From an uncultured candidate division Zixibacteria bacterium (lineage in GTDB: Bacteria; Zixibacteria; MSB-5A5; GN15; FEB-12), in contig OY760907.1 in assembly GCA_963664195.1 (NCBI GenBank), positions 3,008,001 to 3,072,000 on the forward strand: DNA of 64,000 nt. The letters run 5' to 3'. Shown here in pieces: positions 1 to 9,798 of the stretch (the first letter of the stretch is position 1; every line of letters starts with the position of its first letter). The notes beneath the pieces were generated by a model. It was not told the DNA's origin, ran no database searches, and saw nothing but the letters and a program-made list of their open reading frames with translations. Both the position numbers and the translations under genes were made by a program.

Positions 1-2
1 TC

Positions 3-119
3 AAGCTGGTGCAGCCGATTGACGCTCGTGTAGCATACGGTGTCGACGGTGACAACGCCTGCCTGCCGACGATTGACAAGATCGTCACAGCGGCCGAGGA
101 GTTGCACGACAGTTACTAA
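3..119 (+). CDS. 3' end of a gene truncated by the window edge; resembles the C-terminus of a 2-oxoacid dehydrogenase E1 beta / transketolase C-terminal domain
   Basis: Manual translation KLVQPIDARVAYGVDGDNACLPTIDKIVTAAEELHDSY*; the LPxxxxIxxAxxxL ending is typical; followed by a terminator. Confidence 0.5.
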   Translation, partial: KLVQPIDARVAYGVDGDNACLPTIDKIVTAAEELHDSY

Positions 120-145
120 GGATTAGTCCTTTGGGATATGGGAAG

Positions 146-182
146 ACGCCGGATGGTTTTTGTGCTATCCGGCGTTTTTTTT
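146..182 (+). terminator. Rho-independent terminator
   Basis: ACGCCGGATGG..CTATCCGGCGT hairpin followed by a T run. Confidence 0.8.
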
Positions 183-231
183 GTGTGGGATATTCGTCTT
201 TGTTCCGTATCCGCTTGTGGTGCGAATGGAT

Positions 232-280
232 TCCCACCCGACGCTCCATTTCATTCCGCTCTGGGCGGGGTACCGAAGAC
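232..280 (-). repeat. REP-like dispersed repeat, family A, copy 1
   Basis: 45/49 nt identical (manual alignment) to the reverse complement of 60492-60540; imperfect hairpin. Confidence 0.8.
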
Positions 281-303
281 CTTGCAGCTACGAATAGGCG
301 TAA

Positions 304-1815
304 CTACATCCCCAACCGCGCCCTGACCCGTGCCTTGTCGTCCGGTTCGAGGACGAGGTAGGCCGCGATTGCCGTCGGGAGCGTGACAATGACAACGTTA
401 ACAATCAGGCTCGGCCAATCAGTCGGAGGGAGCAAGCGCATGATCAGGATCGTCACCGGCAGGCAAACGAACATCGCCGCGAGACCGCTCCTGAGACCTG
501 TCAACAGAATCCAGATTGTCGACATGTTCAGGGCACGTCCCATCAGCACGGGGTAGAGGGTGATATAAAGCAACAACTGCGGTACCGCCGCCGCGATAGC
601 CATGCCGACCAGTCCGTATGGCTTGATGAGCACCAATGATAGAATCAGTTTCATTCCGGCCTCGAGCACCAGCACTTGCAGCAAGTACTTGTGTTTATCC
701 GTTCCGAACAGCACCGCATTGCCGACGATCTGCGGCAGGAAAAAGGCGCTGCTCACTGCGAGAATACGCATCACCTCGGCAGCCTCCGCAAACTCCGGCT
801 GCAACCAGAGAGCAACGAAAGGTCGGGCATACATTATCACCCCGGCGGACACAAAGAAAGACAAGAACGAAGCGTATCGGATGCCCTTGAGATACGTCTT
901 CCGAATGGTTTCGGTGTCACCTTTGGCGTCGAGGTGCGAAATCGCTGCCGTCAGGGGCGTGGCTACGGCGTTGATGAGATTACGAAGCTGCAGCATCAGC
1001 ATGGCACCGGGCGCGTAGATTCCGGCCAAGGCCGAAGATGACAGCAGACCGAGCAACACGGTGTCGGTATTGAAGATCACCAGCCAGGCGAGGGTGATGC
1101 CGAAGGTGATTTTCGAGTAATGGAACAGGTCGCGCGCCGTTGATTTGTCAAACAGCCCCGGAGCGAACTTGACCTCGGGATGGAGTCGCTTCAGCAACAC
1201 GAACGCCACCACCTGCCGCAGGGCAGACATCACCACGATGGCGGTCGCCAGTGCTACTAGACCGTATCCGTTGTACAGAAGCCAGATCAGTACGGCAGCC
1301 CGCAGGATTTCCTCGATCACATTTAAGGCGTTGGCGATATCGAACCGCTGGAACCCGCCGAGTGATCCGGCGAACGGCAGAGCGAAGAACCGCAGCCCCA
1401 TATAGGCGCCGATGATGATGAGCGCCGTCTGGCCTTCGGCTACGAGGGCCGGATCGCCGATCTTGAAATAGCCGAATAAAAGGGTTGAAGTAAGCGCCGC
1501 TCCGGCCATAATTGCGAAACCGACGACGATGTAAAGCCCGAATGAGGTGTTGAGGGTGCGGTTGATGCGTTCGAAGTTTCGTTCGCTGAGATATTTGCTA
1601 ACGAACCGAACGAGCGCCTTCTCCAGACCGAAATCGAGAAGGACGAAGTAGTTGATAGTCTGGAAGACGATTACCCAGACGCCGTAGCGGGCATCGCCGA
1701 GAACCGCCGTGATATACGGGACAAAAAAGAAGCTGATCGTGATGCGAACCGCGTAGCTGGCCCATGATGACCAAATGTTCTTGAATAGTTGTTGCCGAAG
1801 TCTCGCCATTTGCAT
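304..1815 (-). CDS. Oligosaccharide flippase (MOP/Wzx family polysaccharide biosynthesis protein)
   Basis: 503 aa, many TM segments; LGxxxYGVW...LLDFGL N-terminal signature; YGLVGMAIA near the C-terminus. Confidence 0.85.
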   Translation of the reverse strand: MQMARLRQQLFKNIWSSWASYAVRITISFFFVPYITAVLGDARYGVWVIVFQTINYFVLLDFGLEKALVRFVSKYLSERNFERINRTLNTSFGLYIVVGFAIMAGAALTSTLLFGYFKIGDPALVAEGQTALIIIGAYMGLRFFALPFAGSLGGFQRFDIANALNVIEEILRAAVLIWLLYNGYGLVALATAIVVMSALRQVVAFVLLKRLHPEVKFAPGLFDKSTARDLFHYSKITFGITLAWLVIFNTDTVLLGLLSSSALAGIYAPGAMLMLQLRNLINAVATPLTAAISHLDAKGDTETIRKTYLKGIRYASFLSFFVSAGVIMYARPFVALWLQPEFAEAAEVMRILAVSSAFFLPQIVGNAVLFGTDKHKYLLQVLVLEAGMKLILSLVLIKPYGLVGMAIAAAVPQLLLYITLYPVLMGRALNMSTIWILLTGLRSGLAAMFVCLPVTILIMRLLPPTDWPSLIVNVVIVTLPTAIAAYLVLEPDDKARVRARLGM

Positions 1816-1908
1816 TATCCCTGTATGTCCGCAGTATAGGAGGATGCAACACGTGCGGCAACCGAATACTGAGCCGAATGCACGACCGGAGATTGACGGA
1901 ATGAATCA

Positions 1909-3096
1909 ATGATAGATAAGACGATCAAGAGTGCCCTCGCGTTCGTTTCAGTCGCCTGTCTGGCCCTGATCGCAGGTTGTGCCGGTACTCCGGGCGAACA
2001 ACTGGTCATGCAGCCTCGCAGAGTCCACTTCGGTATTCACTTGCCGTACCCCGAGCGCATACCGGTCTATGACGAAGACACGCTGATGATCAAGAAAGAA
2101 ATCGAACGGGCGGTTCCGTTGGTTGTGACCGTTGGCGCCGGAGGGAAGGTTGTTGATGTGCGTGTGGAAGAAGCAGGGGATGCTTTGGCTCTCGCCCACT
2201 ACGCACCTTACATCAGAGACATACGCTTTGAGCCGGGGATGGTTGACAGTGTGAAGGCGGAGATGGATATCCCCGTGGTCATGCATGTTGCCGCTCCCGG
2301 GACACGGCCCCGTTTCCTTTTCCCGGTGGAGCGCAACCGGGCGATCATCGAGACCGATCTGTATTGTCAGGCGCTGGAGATGAATGGTGTCACGCTGCCG
2401 GGAATCAAGTGGTTCCCTTCGTATGGTGGCAAGCCGGTGGCAGAGCCACGTCAGAAGAGCTATCCGTACATCCTGCTGAGAGTCAGTTTGGATGCCGCCG
2501 GGACTGCCACGACCATCGAGCCGGTTCTCTCGACGCATCCTGCTTTCACAGACCAACTGGTGTCCGCAGCCAACTGGGCTGAGTACACGCCGCTGGCCGT
2601 CGCGGGAGAGCCTCGTGAGTCTGAAAACTACGTTCTGATTTCATTCTTTGAAGATATCAAATATCCGACTCCGCTTCTGGATCTCAATACCGGGAATCCG
2701 TCATTGTCGGAACGACTACGTGTTCGCATCTATCCGGATACAGTCGGGTTGATGGCTTTGCCGATTCCGCTGAAGTCCGGGACAGGAAGTGTCAATTCCG
2801 CCAACGCCAAAAAGCTGCCCGAATTCCCCCTCAGCGGTCGGTTGATTGTCGAGCCGGGCGGTATTATCAGACTGTCAAATATCAGTCCGGACAGCCTGTC
2901 GATAAGAGAATCAAGAAACCTTCAGTTGGCTTGCCGCCAGATCATGGGAGTGCGGGTGAATATGGCCCCGGCGTTGGATTTCCAGGGGCAGCATCAACCG
3001 TATGTGGGACTGGTGCGCTTTGAACGGCAGTCCGAGGAACTCGTACGAATTGACTATAGCTGGCTATCGCGAATACTCCTGCGCACTGTCGATTAA
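1909..3096 (+). CDS. Predicted lipoprotein with two TonB C-terminal-like domains
   Basis: Lipobox LIAG-C; segments VTVGAGGKVVDVRV...IRFEPG and VSLDAAG...AEYTPLAVAGEP resemble TonB_C. Confidence 0.55.
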   Translation: MIDKTIKSALAFVSVACLALIAGCAGTPGEQLVMQPRRVHFGIHLPYPERIPVYDEDTLMIKKEIERAVPLVVTVGAGGKVVDVRVEEAGDALALAHYAPYIRDIRFEPGMVDSVKAEMDIPVVMHVAAPGTRPRFLFPVERNRAIIETDLYCQALEMNGVTLPGIKWFPSYGGKPVAEPRQKSYPYILLRVSLDAAGTATTIEPVLSTHPAFTDQLVSAANWAEYTPLAVAGEPRESENYVLISFFEDIKYPTPLLDLNTGNPSLSERLRVRIYPDTVGLMALPIPLKSGTGSVNSANAKKLPEFPLSGRLIVEPGGIIRLSNISPDSLSIRESRNLQLACRQIMGVRVNMAPALDFQGQHQPYVGLVRFERQSEELVRIDYSWLSRILLRTVD

Positions 3097-3383
3097 CTCA
3101 TATAGCCGTAACGAGTTACGGTTGTGTCGTTCGATTGGCGGAAAAAGGCAGCGCAGATTCTGCGTTCCAGAAGTTTTGGGGGGTGCCTCTTCGTTCTGTT
3201 CTTGTTCATCTCATAGCACAATATAATACAACAGGTTAGCCTACGGCCGCGTCTCGCCGGGCATTTGCGGCACGCATGTTGTCCCATTCGTGTGTGAAGG
3301 TGTTGTCTTTCGTTTCTCGGGCTTCGGCCCACTCACCCGGGAAGAAAGGCATTAGGTAAGTGTATAACGGATGGAGGTCAACG

Positions 3384-3614
3384 ATGGTTATGGCGACACG
3401 AATACTGAATTTAGTATCGGCCGTGTTCATACTGGCGACCGGAATCTACCTGGTGAAAACGTTCGCGGATATAATGTCCCCGACTGCACAGATCGCGATT
3501 GGGACTGTGACAGTTACCTACTTCGCGATGCAGTTGAACAGACAGGTATTCCGGTGGTTGGAGCCGTCCCGGAGCAGGACCTCTCCCGTGAGTCGAGAAC
3601 AATTTAGTTCTTGA
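3384..3614 (+). CDS. Small two-TM membrane protein
   Basis: GGAGG SD before ATG 3384; two hydrophobic helices. Confidence 0.55.
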   Translation: MVMATRILNLVSAVFILATGIYLVKTFADIMSPTAQIAIGTVTVTYFAMQLNRQVFRWLEPSRSRTSPVSREQFSS

Positions 3615-3662
3615 CTTTGAGTAACGAGCGTATATTTTTCGAGTCTTATGCGGAGTAACCTT

Positions 3663-5669
3663 ATGAGTGGGAAGACCTTGAAACAACACGTTTTAGCGAC
3701 CACCCTGAGTGTTTTGGCTGTGTTAATCTTCTGTTTCGCAACAGGGGCAGCCCAGACAAACGACGAGCGAGTTCAGGCCGCTCTTGATGCCGGACATATC
3801 AATGACGCTATCCAGATTCTTCAGGATGCCATCGACGCTGACCCTTCTTACTACGTGAACTACTACCAGCTTGGCGGTATTTACTATGATCAGGAGCAGT
3901 GGGCGAAGGCGGCGAAGCAATTTGAGATCACACTGGACAGGCGCAGCAAGAGCTATGAGGCGCTGTACTTCCTCGGACGTTGCCAGATCAATCTGGATCA
4001 GCTCGACAAGGCCGAGAAGTCGCTTTCTCTGGGGCTGAAGAAGGCCAAGGATCTGAAGGCCTGGTTTGAGAACGGGATGGGGGTGCTTGAACTCAAGCGA
4101 GGCAATTACAGTGATGCCGACATTATGTTCCGTCGCGCCCTCGCTGAGAATGAGAGCCGTCAAGCCAAAGAAATCAAAGACATTAACAACAAGAAGTACA
4201 CCGATGAAGAGCGTGAGGCGTTGATCGAGTCCACCAATGCTCGTTATGCGCGAGAAAATGCGGAATACGCTATTAATCTTGGTGATGCGAACTTCTACCA
4301 GGGCGTACCTGCTCTGGCTATTGCCGAATACGAACGTGCTCTTGAAATCGACACCGCCAGCACCGAAGTGTATTATCACTGGGCTGAGGCCTGTCTCGAG
4401 ATCAAAGATTACAACTGCGCGATTGAAAAGCTGCGCGTTGTCCTGACAAAAGATAGCACGCACGCTCCGGCTTGGAATCGTGCGGGAGGCATTTACTACA
4501 AGGCAGCCCGTTCGAGTCGTAATCGAGAGGAACGTAAGGGTCGGTTTATCGACGCTATCGGTTCCTACAAGAAGTACTTTGAACTGACCGGTGCCCAGCC
4601 TGATTCTGCGAATGTCCGTGCTTATTTCGAGACGGCGATGGCGTATGCCAGTATCAACGGGTATGAAGACGCCGCGGAGTATTTTGACAAGGTTCTGGCC
4701 ATTCCGTTCGAGCCGAAAGACATATATTTCTACTATGGCAAGTCACTCTGCATTGTCCGCGACTATGTGCGAGCCGCCGATATGCTCAAGAAACATATCG
4801 ACTGGGTGGCCGCTCAGGATGACGACTATCAGAATCGGATCGACGACGGAGAGTTGTATCAATTGCTTGGCGACTCGTACTTCTACCGTGATCCCAAGGA
4901 TTTCAGCACGGCTGTTCGGTACTACAAGAAATCGCTGGAAGACCGCCCCGATCAGAAGCGTATTCTGCAGAACACCGCGGTTGCGTTCCACAGCCTCAAG
5001 CGATACGGCGAGGCTATCGAGTTCTACGACAAGCGCATCGCTCTCGGGATCGACTCCGGTTCGGTGGGTATCTTGAAGAATGCCGGGCTTTGTGCGCTGA
5101 ATATAGCCGGTGGTGCCTCGGATGACGAGGACGAGGATCTCGAAGAGTTTGAAGAGGATGCGGAACCTGCCGCGCCGATAGGCGTTGATCCTGAGAAGGA
5201 CTATTATGAAGTCGCAATCGACTATATGAACGGCTATCTGGAGATCATTCCGGATGATACGACCGTTATTCTCAGAGTCGCCAACACGTACCTGTATCAA
5301 TTGCAGGACTGCGCCAACGGTGTGAGCTACTTTGAGCGCCTGCTGACCCTGACTCCGGACAATTGTCAGGCCAAGAAATCCCTCGGGTATGCCTATTTTG
5401 GCGGCGTGTGTAACAAGGACTACGGTACCGCCCTGAAGTATTTACGCGGTGCCTATGACTGTCTTTCTGCCGCTGAAGGCGGCTGTGCTGACGTTTCGCT
5501 CGTCAAGTGGATCGCCCAGTGCTATCACCTTCGGGCTGCCGCCGCTACCGGCGACACAAACAGTGATTATAAGAACGCTTTTGATTGGTATGAGAAAGTG
5601 CTGAAATGTGATCCGAGTGACGCCGAAGTGCAAAAGGCTCGGGACGAGATCAGATACGAGTTCAACTAG
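3663..5669 (+). CDS. Exported tetratricopeptide-repeat protein
   Basis: Signal peptide; many TPR-like motifs (YYQLGGIYY, LYFLGRC, INLGDANFYQG); acidic insert; Cys-rich C-terminus; alternative start 3648. Confidence 0.85.
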   Translation: MSGKTLKQHVLATTLSVLAVLIFCFATGAAQTNDERVQAALDAGHINDAIQILQDAIDADPSYYVNYYQLGGIYYDQEQWAKAAKQFEITLDRRSKSYEALYFLGRCQINLDQLDKAEKSLSLGLKKAKDLKAWFENGMGVLELKRGNYSDADIMFRRALAENESRQAKEIKDINNKKYTDEEREALIESTNARYARENAEYAINLGDANFYQGVPALAIAEYERALEIDTASTEVYYHWAEACLEIKDYNCAIEKLRVVLTKDSTHAPAWNRAGGIYYKAARSSRNREERKGRFIDAIGSYKKYFELTGAQPDSANVRAYFETAMAYASINGYEDAAEYFDKVLAIPFEPKDIYFYYGKSLCIVRDYVRAADMLKKHIDWVAAQDDDYQNRIDDGELYQLLGDSYFYRDPKDFSTAVRYYKKSLEDRPDQKRILQNTAVAFHSLKRYGEAIEFYDKRIALGIDSGSVGILKNAGLCALNIAGGASDDEDEDLEEFEEDAEPAAPIGVDPEKDYYEVAIDYMNGYLEIIPDDTTVILRVANTYLYQLQDCANGVSYFERLLTLTPDNCQAKKSLGYAYFGGVCNKDYGTALKYLRGAYDCLSAAEGGCADVSLVKWIAQCYHLRAAAATGDTNSDYKNAFDWYEKVLKCDPSDAEVQKARDEIRYEFN

Positions 5670-5706
5670 CAATCTAAGCATAACGCATAATTGGTAGGAT
5701 AGATGA

Positions 5707-6666
5707 ATGGCAGACGGGGATAAGAAAAGCCCGGAAAAGCGACGAATCACCGAGAGAGAGCGTTTCCGCTACATCGGGTTCGAAGTCTTTCGGGGCGCAC
5801 CCAAAGACTTGTTCAAGAATGCCGCAGAGAAGGAGAAGTACGAGAAGATACTTGCTGCCAAGCGCGACAAGGGCGAGGTGATCCGAGAGGATTGCAAGCT
5901 GTTGGAAGACCGCGTTTCAATGTCCGAGCGCATTGTGTTGGCTGTATCTTCAATCGCGATTCTCCTGTCCCTGTTGTTGCCCTGGTACTCGGCCTACAGG
6001 GAAGTCACCAAAGAGAAGGAAGTGGTGGTCGAAGAGGCCGCAGTTCCGGTGGATTCCCTGCTGGCTGACAGTGCCCTGGTTGCTCAGGCTGAAGGAGATT
6101 CACTTGCCCTGGCCGCGGCTGCTGTGAATACGGTTGATGACGGGGTTGTCGCTGACGAGGGCGGCCCTGAGGTTCAATCGCATGCAGGACGGACCTCCAG
6201 GGAAGAGATCATTACCGGACATCAGGCTAAGAAGCAGAAGGAGAGAGTCTACACATGGCTTTCCGGGTTTGGCGCATTTGCCTCCCTTGGCGAAGTTGGT
6301 GGTGGCCTGTTCTCCTCCGGATTCGTTCTGGTTGTTTCCGGTATCTTGATGCTGCTGTACGGTCTTCTGTGCATTGGCCTGCCGGTACTGAATTTGTATG
6401 GTATTTTCGGCCTCAAGGGGACTCCTGACGAGGTAGCGATCAAGTTGAAGAAACTGCTTCGTTTGAACTGGCTGCCGATAGTCTTGTTCACCGGGGTGGT
6501 TTTCCTGTCTTTTTTCGGAGCTGACTACGGTTTCAGCACGGAAGAGACGTTTAAGAGTTTCGGTGACAGCTACGGTCCTGCTGTGTTGCTCGGCTCTCTC
6601 TCATGGGGAGTGTTTGTAGCCATGGCGGCCTCGGTGCTGGTAGCCGTAAAAGGTATCGAAATATAA
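5707..6666 (+). CDS. Hypothetical integral membrane protein in the TPR-exbBD operon
   Basis: 319 aa, about 4 TM segments with a large acidic loop; tight spacing to neighbours. Confidence 0.7.
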   Translation: MADGDKKSPEKRRITERERFRYIGFEVFRGAPKDLFKNAAEKEKYEKILAAKRDKGEVIREDCKLLEDRVSMSERIVLAVSSIAILLSLLLPWYSAYREVTKEKEVVVEEAAVPVDSLLADSALVAQAEGDSLALAAAAVNTVDDGVVADEGGPEVQSHAGRTSREEIITGHQAKKQKERVYTWLSGFGAFASLGEVGGGLFSSGFVLVVSGILMLLYGLLCIGLPVLNLYGIFGLKGTPDEVAIKLKKLLRLNWLPIVLFTGVVFLSFFGADYGFSTEETFKSFGDSYGPAVLLGSLSWGVFVAMAASVLVAVKGIEI

Positions 6667-6695
6667 TAGTCCTATTTTTTGGAGGATAGAGTCAC

Positions 6696-7454
6696 GTGGT
6701 CAAGCAAACTCTATTTGTAACAATTAACGCTATCGTGGCGTTTGCAATTGGATTCGGACTCTGGTACGGAGTCTTCAGAACTTCCACAAACCCGATCGTT
6801 CACTCAGTGTACAAGGGCGGGCCGCTCGTGGTATTGCTCATCATGATTTTCATCATGTTGTTGGTTTTCATCATCGAGCGCTACTTCTCACTGTACGCTG
6901 TTGCCAAAGGCAAAAGCTCGGTACAGGTCTTCTTCAAGAAGCTGATCACCCTGCTCCAGGGCGATGATTTCGACGGTGCCTTGGCTGCCTGCGACAAGCA
7001 GCGTGGTACGACGGCCAATGTCCTTCGCGCCGGTATCGAACGGTATCGCGAAATAAAGGGCGAGGCTGCCTACGACAGTGAAAAGAAGCTTCAGCTCACG
7101 CAGACGGCTATCGAAGAGGCCAACGCCCTCGAGGGGCCGCTGCTTGAGCGTAACCTGATCGCCCTGTCAACTATTGCTTCGATCGCTACCATGGTCGGTC
7201 TGCTCGGAACTACGATTGGTATGATCCGTGCCTTCGCCGCCACCGGTAACGTGGAGGGTGGTGTTATCGACGCTACCGCTCTGGCAACCGGTATTTCCGA
7301 GGCGCTGGTGAACACGGCCGGTGGTCTGCTCTCCGGTATTCTCGGTATCTTCTTCTATAACTTCTTCGTGAATAAGGTTGACGCGTTCAACTACACGACA
7401 GACGAAGCTACTTTTGAAGTGATGCAGTTGTTGAAGGTCAAAGAAGGTAAGTAA
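6696..7454 (+). CDS. exbB: MotA/TolQ/ExbB proton channel protein
   Basis: ATMVGLLGTTIGMIRAF...GISEALVNTAGGL signature. Confidence 0.9.
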   Translation: MVKQTLFVTINAIVAFAIGFGLWYGVFRTSTNPIVHSVYKGGPLVVLLIMIFIMLLVFIIERYFSLYAVAKGKSSVQVFFKKLITLLQGDDFDGALAACDKQRGTTANVLRAGIERYREIKGEAAYDSEKKLQLTQTAIEEANALEGPLLERNLIALSTIASIATMVGLLGTTIGMIRAFAATGNVEGGVIDATALATGISEALVNTAGGLLSGILGIFFYNFFVNKVDAFNYTTDEATFEVMQLLKVKEGK

Positions 7455-7457
7455 GCA

Positions 7458-7967
7458 ATGGCGATTAAGAAGAAACGCCGGGTAGCTATCCGGATTGATA
7501 TGACGCCGATGGTGGATATCGCCTTTCTGCTGCTGATCTTCTACATGGCGACAACCACCTTCAAACCACCGGAAGCCCGTGCTGTGGATCTTCCGGAATC
7601 GCACTCGCAGATCGAGCTTCCGGACAAAGATATTATCAATATTACGGTTACGAAGAACGACTCGATCTTCGTCGACCGCGTGGAACTCGTGGAGATTGAA
7701 GTCGACGGCGAGATGGTTGAGACCAAGGGTCGGCGTGTGATGAATACCGACGTCTACGGCGTTGCCGCTGAGATTAACCGGGCACGTGCCGGTCAGTTGC
7801 GCGCGCTGGTAGTCATTAAGGCCGATCAGGATGCCAGTTTCGGCATCATGCAGGACGTCATGAAACAGATGCAGGAAAATAGCCTGGAACGCTTCCTTAT
7901 TATTACCGACAACGAAGTTGAAACGTCGGCGAAAGAAGAAGCCGCGCCGGGCGGGGCAGAGCGCTAG
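7458..7967 (+). CDS. exbD: ExbD/TolR family protein
   Basis: IDMTPMVDIAFLLLIFYM with the conserved TM Asp; VIKAD motif. Confidence 0.9.
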   Translation: MAIKKKRRVAIRIDMTPMVDIAFLLLIFYMATTTFKPPEARAVDLPESHSQIELPDKDIINITVTKNDSIFVDRVELVEIEVDGEMVETKGRRVMNTDVYGVAAEINRARAGQLRALVVIKADQDASFGIMQDVMKQMQENSLERFLIITDNEVETSAKEEAAPGGAER

Positions 7968-8055
7968 AACAGCTTTGGCAAACAAACCGCAAGGTTTGGG
8001 CGTCAAACATATTGGCCCCTTGCATATACCACTCGAAAGGAGTGTGATTTAATAG

Positions 8056-8706
8056 ATGGCAGGCGATGTTGCAGAAAGAGCAGCAAAACCGACTAAGGGT
8101 GGTCGAAGACCCAAACGTCGGGTTGCAATTCGCATCGACATGACTCCTATGGTCGATATTGCGTTCCTGCTCCTTATATTTTACATGGTCTCGACCGTGT
8201 TCTCCATGCCTCAGGCGATGGAAATCAACCTCCCTCCGGAAGAGGAGAAGGCGGATGTCGAGGTCAAGGAATCCAATCTGCTCACTCTTCATGTTGACGG
8301 AGAGAGCAGGTACTGGTGGCATCTGAAGAGGTCCACGCCGGACAATCTGCCGAAACTGCTGCCGACTTCGCTCAATAAGGCGGATACTGTGGAGTATCGG
8401 TTGGATGCCGACACCCTTCGCGGTTTGTTGGTGACTCAGAATCGAGCGAATCCCAAGCTTAATACTCTGGTGTTGATTCACCGAGACGCCAACTACGAGG
8501 ATATGGTAAATATCCTCGATGAGATTGACGTCATCGAGCGATCTTGGAACCACGCAATAGCTGAGAGTAAAGGCAAGAAAGTCTCCGAACTTACCAAAGA
8601 TGACGGTAAGTTTTCATACCGGTATGCTATGGGCGATTGGGAAGCTCGTGACGACAGGGTGATGGCGGAAGCAGTGAATGCTGCCGTTGCGGCTGGAGAG
8701 TTATAG
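8056..8706 (+). CDS. exbD: Second ExbD/TolR family protein
   Basis: Same IDMTPMVDIAFLLLIFYM segment; YEDMVNILDE motif. Confidence 0.9.
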   Translation: MAGDVAERAAKPTKGGRRPKRRVAIRIDMTPMVDIAFLLLIFYMVSTVFSMPQAMEINLPPEEEKADVEVKESNLLTLHVDGESRYWWHLKRSTPDNLPKLLPTSLNKADTVEYRLDADTLRGLLVTQNRANPKLNTLVLIHRDANYEDMVNILDEIDVIERSWNHAIAESKGKKVSELTKDDGKFSYRYAMGDWEARDDRVMAEAVNAAVAAGEL

Positions 8707-8805
8707 ACAATTGACCGGGTGATTCCCGGTACCGGATCGGCGATAGGCGCCGCTTCGATATCGGGAGATCACAACGGTTTGGAGATACAAAAGGAGAGAG
8801 CAGAG

Positions 8806-9546
8806 ATGGCACAGAACGTGCAAAACGCTCTTTATTCACCATACGGCGCGTATGAACTGAAGTCGAAGTACCAGCGGAACTTCCTCTTCGGCACCGGTAT
8901 TACTTTTGCGACGGTTGCCGCTATCGTCCTCACCTCTTGGATAATGTCCCAGATGAAGGATGACGTGGTAATTGGCATGGGCGACAACGTGGTCGTTGTC
9001 AAGACCGTGGCCGAACTCGGCCCGCCGCCGACAATTGCCAAGAAGCCGCCGCAGGTCAAGGTGAACCAGCCAAACGTGGCTGCACCGAAAGTCGGTATTC
9101 CGAAGCCGGTCGCCGATGACGAAGTGCTTGACGACGACGTGGTCCTGGCCTCGAGAGAAGAGCTTGCGGAAATCGTGGCTCCGGACATCGTGGCTACCGA
9201 TCAGGAGCGAGAGATCGTGGTTGACATCGAAGAGGACGACTATTTGCCGTCGATCGACGAGTTTGTGCCGGTAGAACAAATCGCTCAAATGATTGATTAC
9301 AGGCAGCCAGAGTACCCGCGTCTTGCCAACCAAGCCGGTATCGAGGGTCTTGTCTGGGTGAAGGCGCTGGTGAGTAATCGTGGAGACGTATTGGACGCGG
9401 TTGTCTACAAGTCTTCGGGAACGGACTCATTGGACGATGCTGCTGTTGCTGCGGCGAAGTACAACAAGTTCAAACCAGCAATTCAGAACGGCCGTCCGGT
9501 CGCCATGTGGGTGACCTATCAGGTGAAGTTCGGCTTGGGCCAATAG
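8806..9546 (+). CDS. tonB: Energy transducer TonB
   Basis: AAGGAG SD; YGAYELK motif, TM helix, Pro-rich linker, PEYPRLA...GIEG...FKPAIQNG TonB_C. Confidence 0.9.
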   Translation: MAQNVQNALYSPYGAYELKSKYQRNFLFGTGITFATVAAIVLTSWIMSQMKDDVVIGMGDNVVVVKTVAELGPPPTIAKKPPQVKVNQPNVAAPKVGIPKPVADDEVLDDDVVLASREELAEIVAPDIVATDQEREIVVDIEEDDYLPSIDEFVPVEQIAQMIDYRQPEYPRLANQAGIEGLVWVKALVSNRGDVLDAVVYKSSGTDSLDDAAVAAAKYNKFKPAIQNGRPVAMWVTYQVKFGLGQ

Positions 9547-9580
9547 AGCGACCATTCGTTAATTGCAGATGGTGACAGAT

Positions 9581-9613
9581 AAAGACGCCCGCCTTTGGCG
9601 GGTGTCTTTTTTT
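9581..9613 (+). terminator. Rho-independent terminator
   Basis: AAAGACGCCCGCC-ttt-GGCGGGTGTCTTT followed by a T run. Confidence 0.85.
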
Positions 9614-9720
9614 GTGTTGGCTGACCAGGATGTTCGTTGGTACGGGAAAGTGACGTAGGAAAAGCGGCAGGCCATCCGTCGTCGGGTGGGTTGCATGGAC
9701 CTGATGTTCTGGCTGTGAAT

Positions 9721-9747
9721 GTCGAAACTACAGGAGTTTCGACCTAC
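9721..9747 (-). repeat. REP-like element, family B (GTAG + hairpin), copy 1
   Basis: Minus strand GTAG-GTCGAAACT-cctgt-AGTTTCGAC; same 9-bp stem at 38418-38444. Confidence 0.75.
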
Positions 9748-9798
9748 AAGATGCGTTGTACGGAGAAGAGTCACAGCTCTCGATCCTCAATCATAAAC

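Noticed and set aside
3095..3125. Imperfect inverted repeat TAACTC...GAGTTA as a recombination site
   Set aside because: No second copy or recombinase found in the window
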